Part shown: positions 63,701 through 64,000 of the stretch, piece after piece
How the letters are laid out: each line of letters opens with the position of its first letter
Numbering within the stretch: the first letter of the stretch is position 1
From: Mobula birostris
Taxonomy: Eukaryota
Reading direction: 5' to 3'
DNA length: 64,000 bases
NCBI RefSeq assembly: GCF_030028105.1
Contig: NC_092375.1
Coordinates: 54,287,130-54,351,129 of the forward strand
Position numbers and translations under genes: made by a program
The notes under the pieces: generated by a model
The model's database searches: none
Seen by the model: the letters and a program-made list of their open reading frames with translations, nothing else
What the model was told of the DNA's origin: nothing

Positions 63701-64000
63701 CATTCCATATATCCACCACTCTCTGGGTGAAAAAGTTTTTCCTCAACTCCATTCTAAATGGCCTACCCCTAAACAGAGTTTAGGTGAGAAGGTGAGAGGT
63801 GAAACAGAGTTTATCGCTCTGCCTACAGTGGCGTTCTTTGATCTGAACAAAGCAACCAAGGTCTCAGCAGACACTTCCTCTTTTGGCCTGGGGGAGTGCT
63901 CATGTAATACTGCAGTGATGTATGGAAACCGGTGGCATATGCATCAAGAGCACTGACTCCTACTGAACAGCTTTATGCCCAGATCAAACAGGAGATACTG
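60731..64000 (+). mobile_element. Decayed Ty3/Gypsy element (5' LTR, tRNA-Leu PBS, gag-pro-RT-RNase H), truncated by the window end
   Basis: ...AACA|TGGTGTCAGAAGTGG PBS at 61190; gag from ~61493 (ERWLRHF.RFRVAS..HQVSTLIYCIGDKADD); CCHC knuckle CHQCNRDGHYKSQC; protease FKINTEADVTAVP; RT (KLDANSG, VVCHMDD); RNase H (VSADTSSFGLG, WKPVAYASRALTPTEQLYAQI). Contains a Rex tail (60790-61005) and a CR1 tail (63495-63775). The LTR start is approximate. Confidence 0.88.

Noticed and set aside
1-64000. CRISPR arrays, rRNA, or prokaryotic/phage systems
   Set aside because: No regularly spaced repeat-spacer array or operon-like ORF density; the recurring short repeats are LINE tails, microsatellites and TSDs.

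Overview
Vertebrate genomic DNA. The repeat set (abundant CR1 LINEs, HE1-like V-SINEs, Rex1/Babar LINEs, Penelope-like elements) points to a cartilaginous fish, probably a batoid (inference). Most of the window is decayed mobile DNA. One host gene can be reconstructed on the minus strand over 1.1-30.5 kb. It is a CD200/OX-2-like Ig-superfamily gene with a signal-peptide exon (30420-30462), two paralogous IgV exons (14589-14924 and 11976-12305; the second is absent from the ORF track) and a membrane-anchor exon (1102-1222). The first three introns are phase-1 GT-AG. The anchor exon has an in-frame TAA at the end of its hydrophobic stretch, so the predicted 261-aa product may be GPI-anchored or a truncated TM protein. 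Upstream of the gene (42.8-64 kb) is a nested LTR cluster. It holds two separate insertions of a Gypsy(gag-pro-half RT)/BEL-Pao(INT-LTR) chimera and a non-autonomous Gmr1-type LTR element with 4-bp TSDs whose PBS extends into a ~62-nt tRNA-Thr copy. It also holds fold-back Penelope insertions with TSDs and minimal hammerhead motifs, a possible retroviral integrase relic, and a decayed Gypsy element running off the right edge. No CRISPR, rRNA or intact tRNA gene was found. All identities are by-eye estimates and repeat boundaries without TSDs are approximate.
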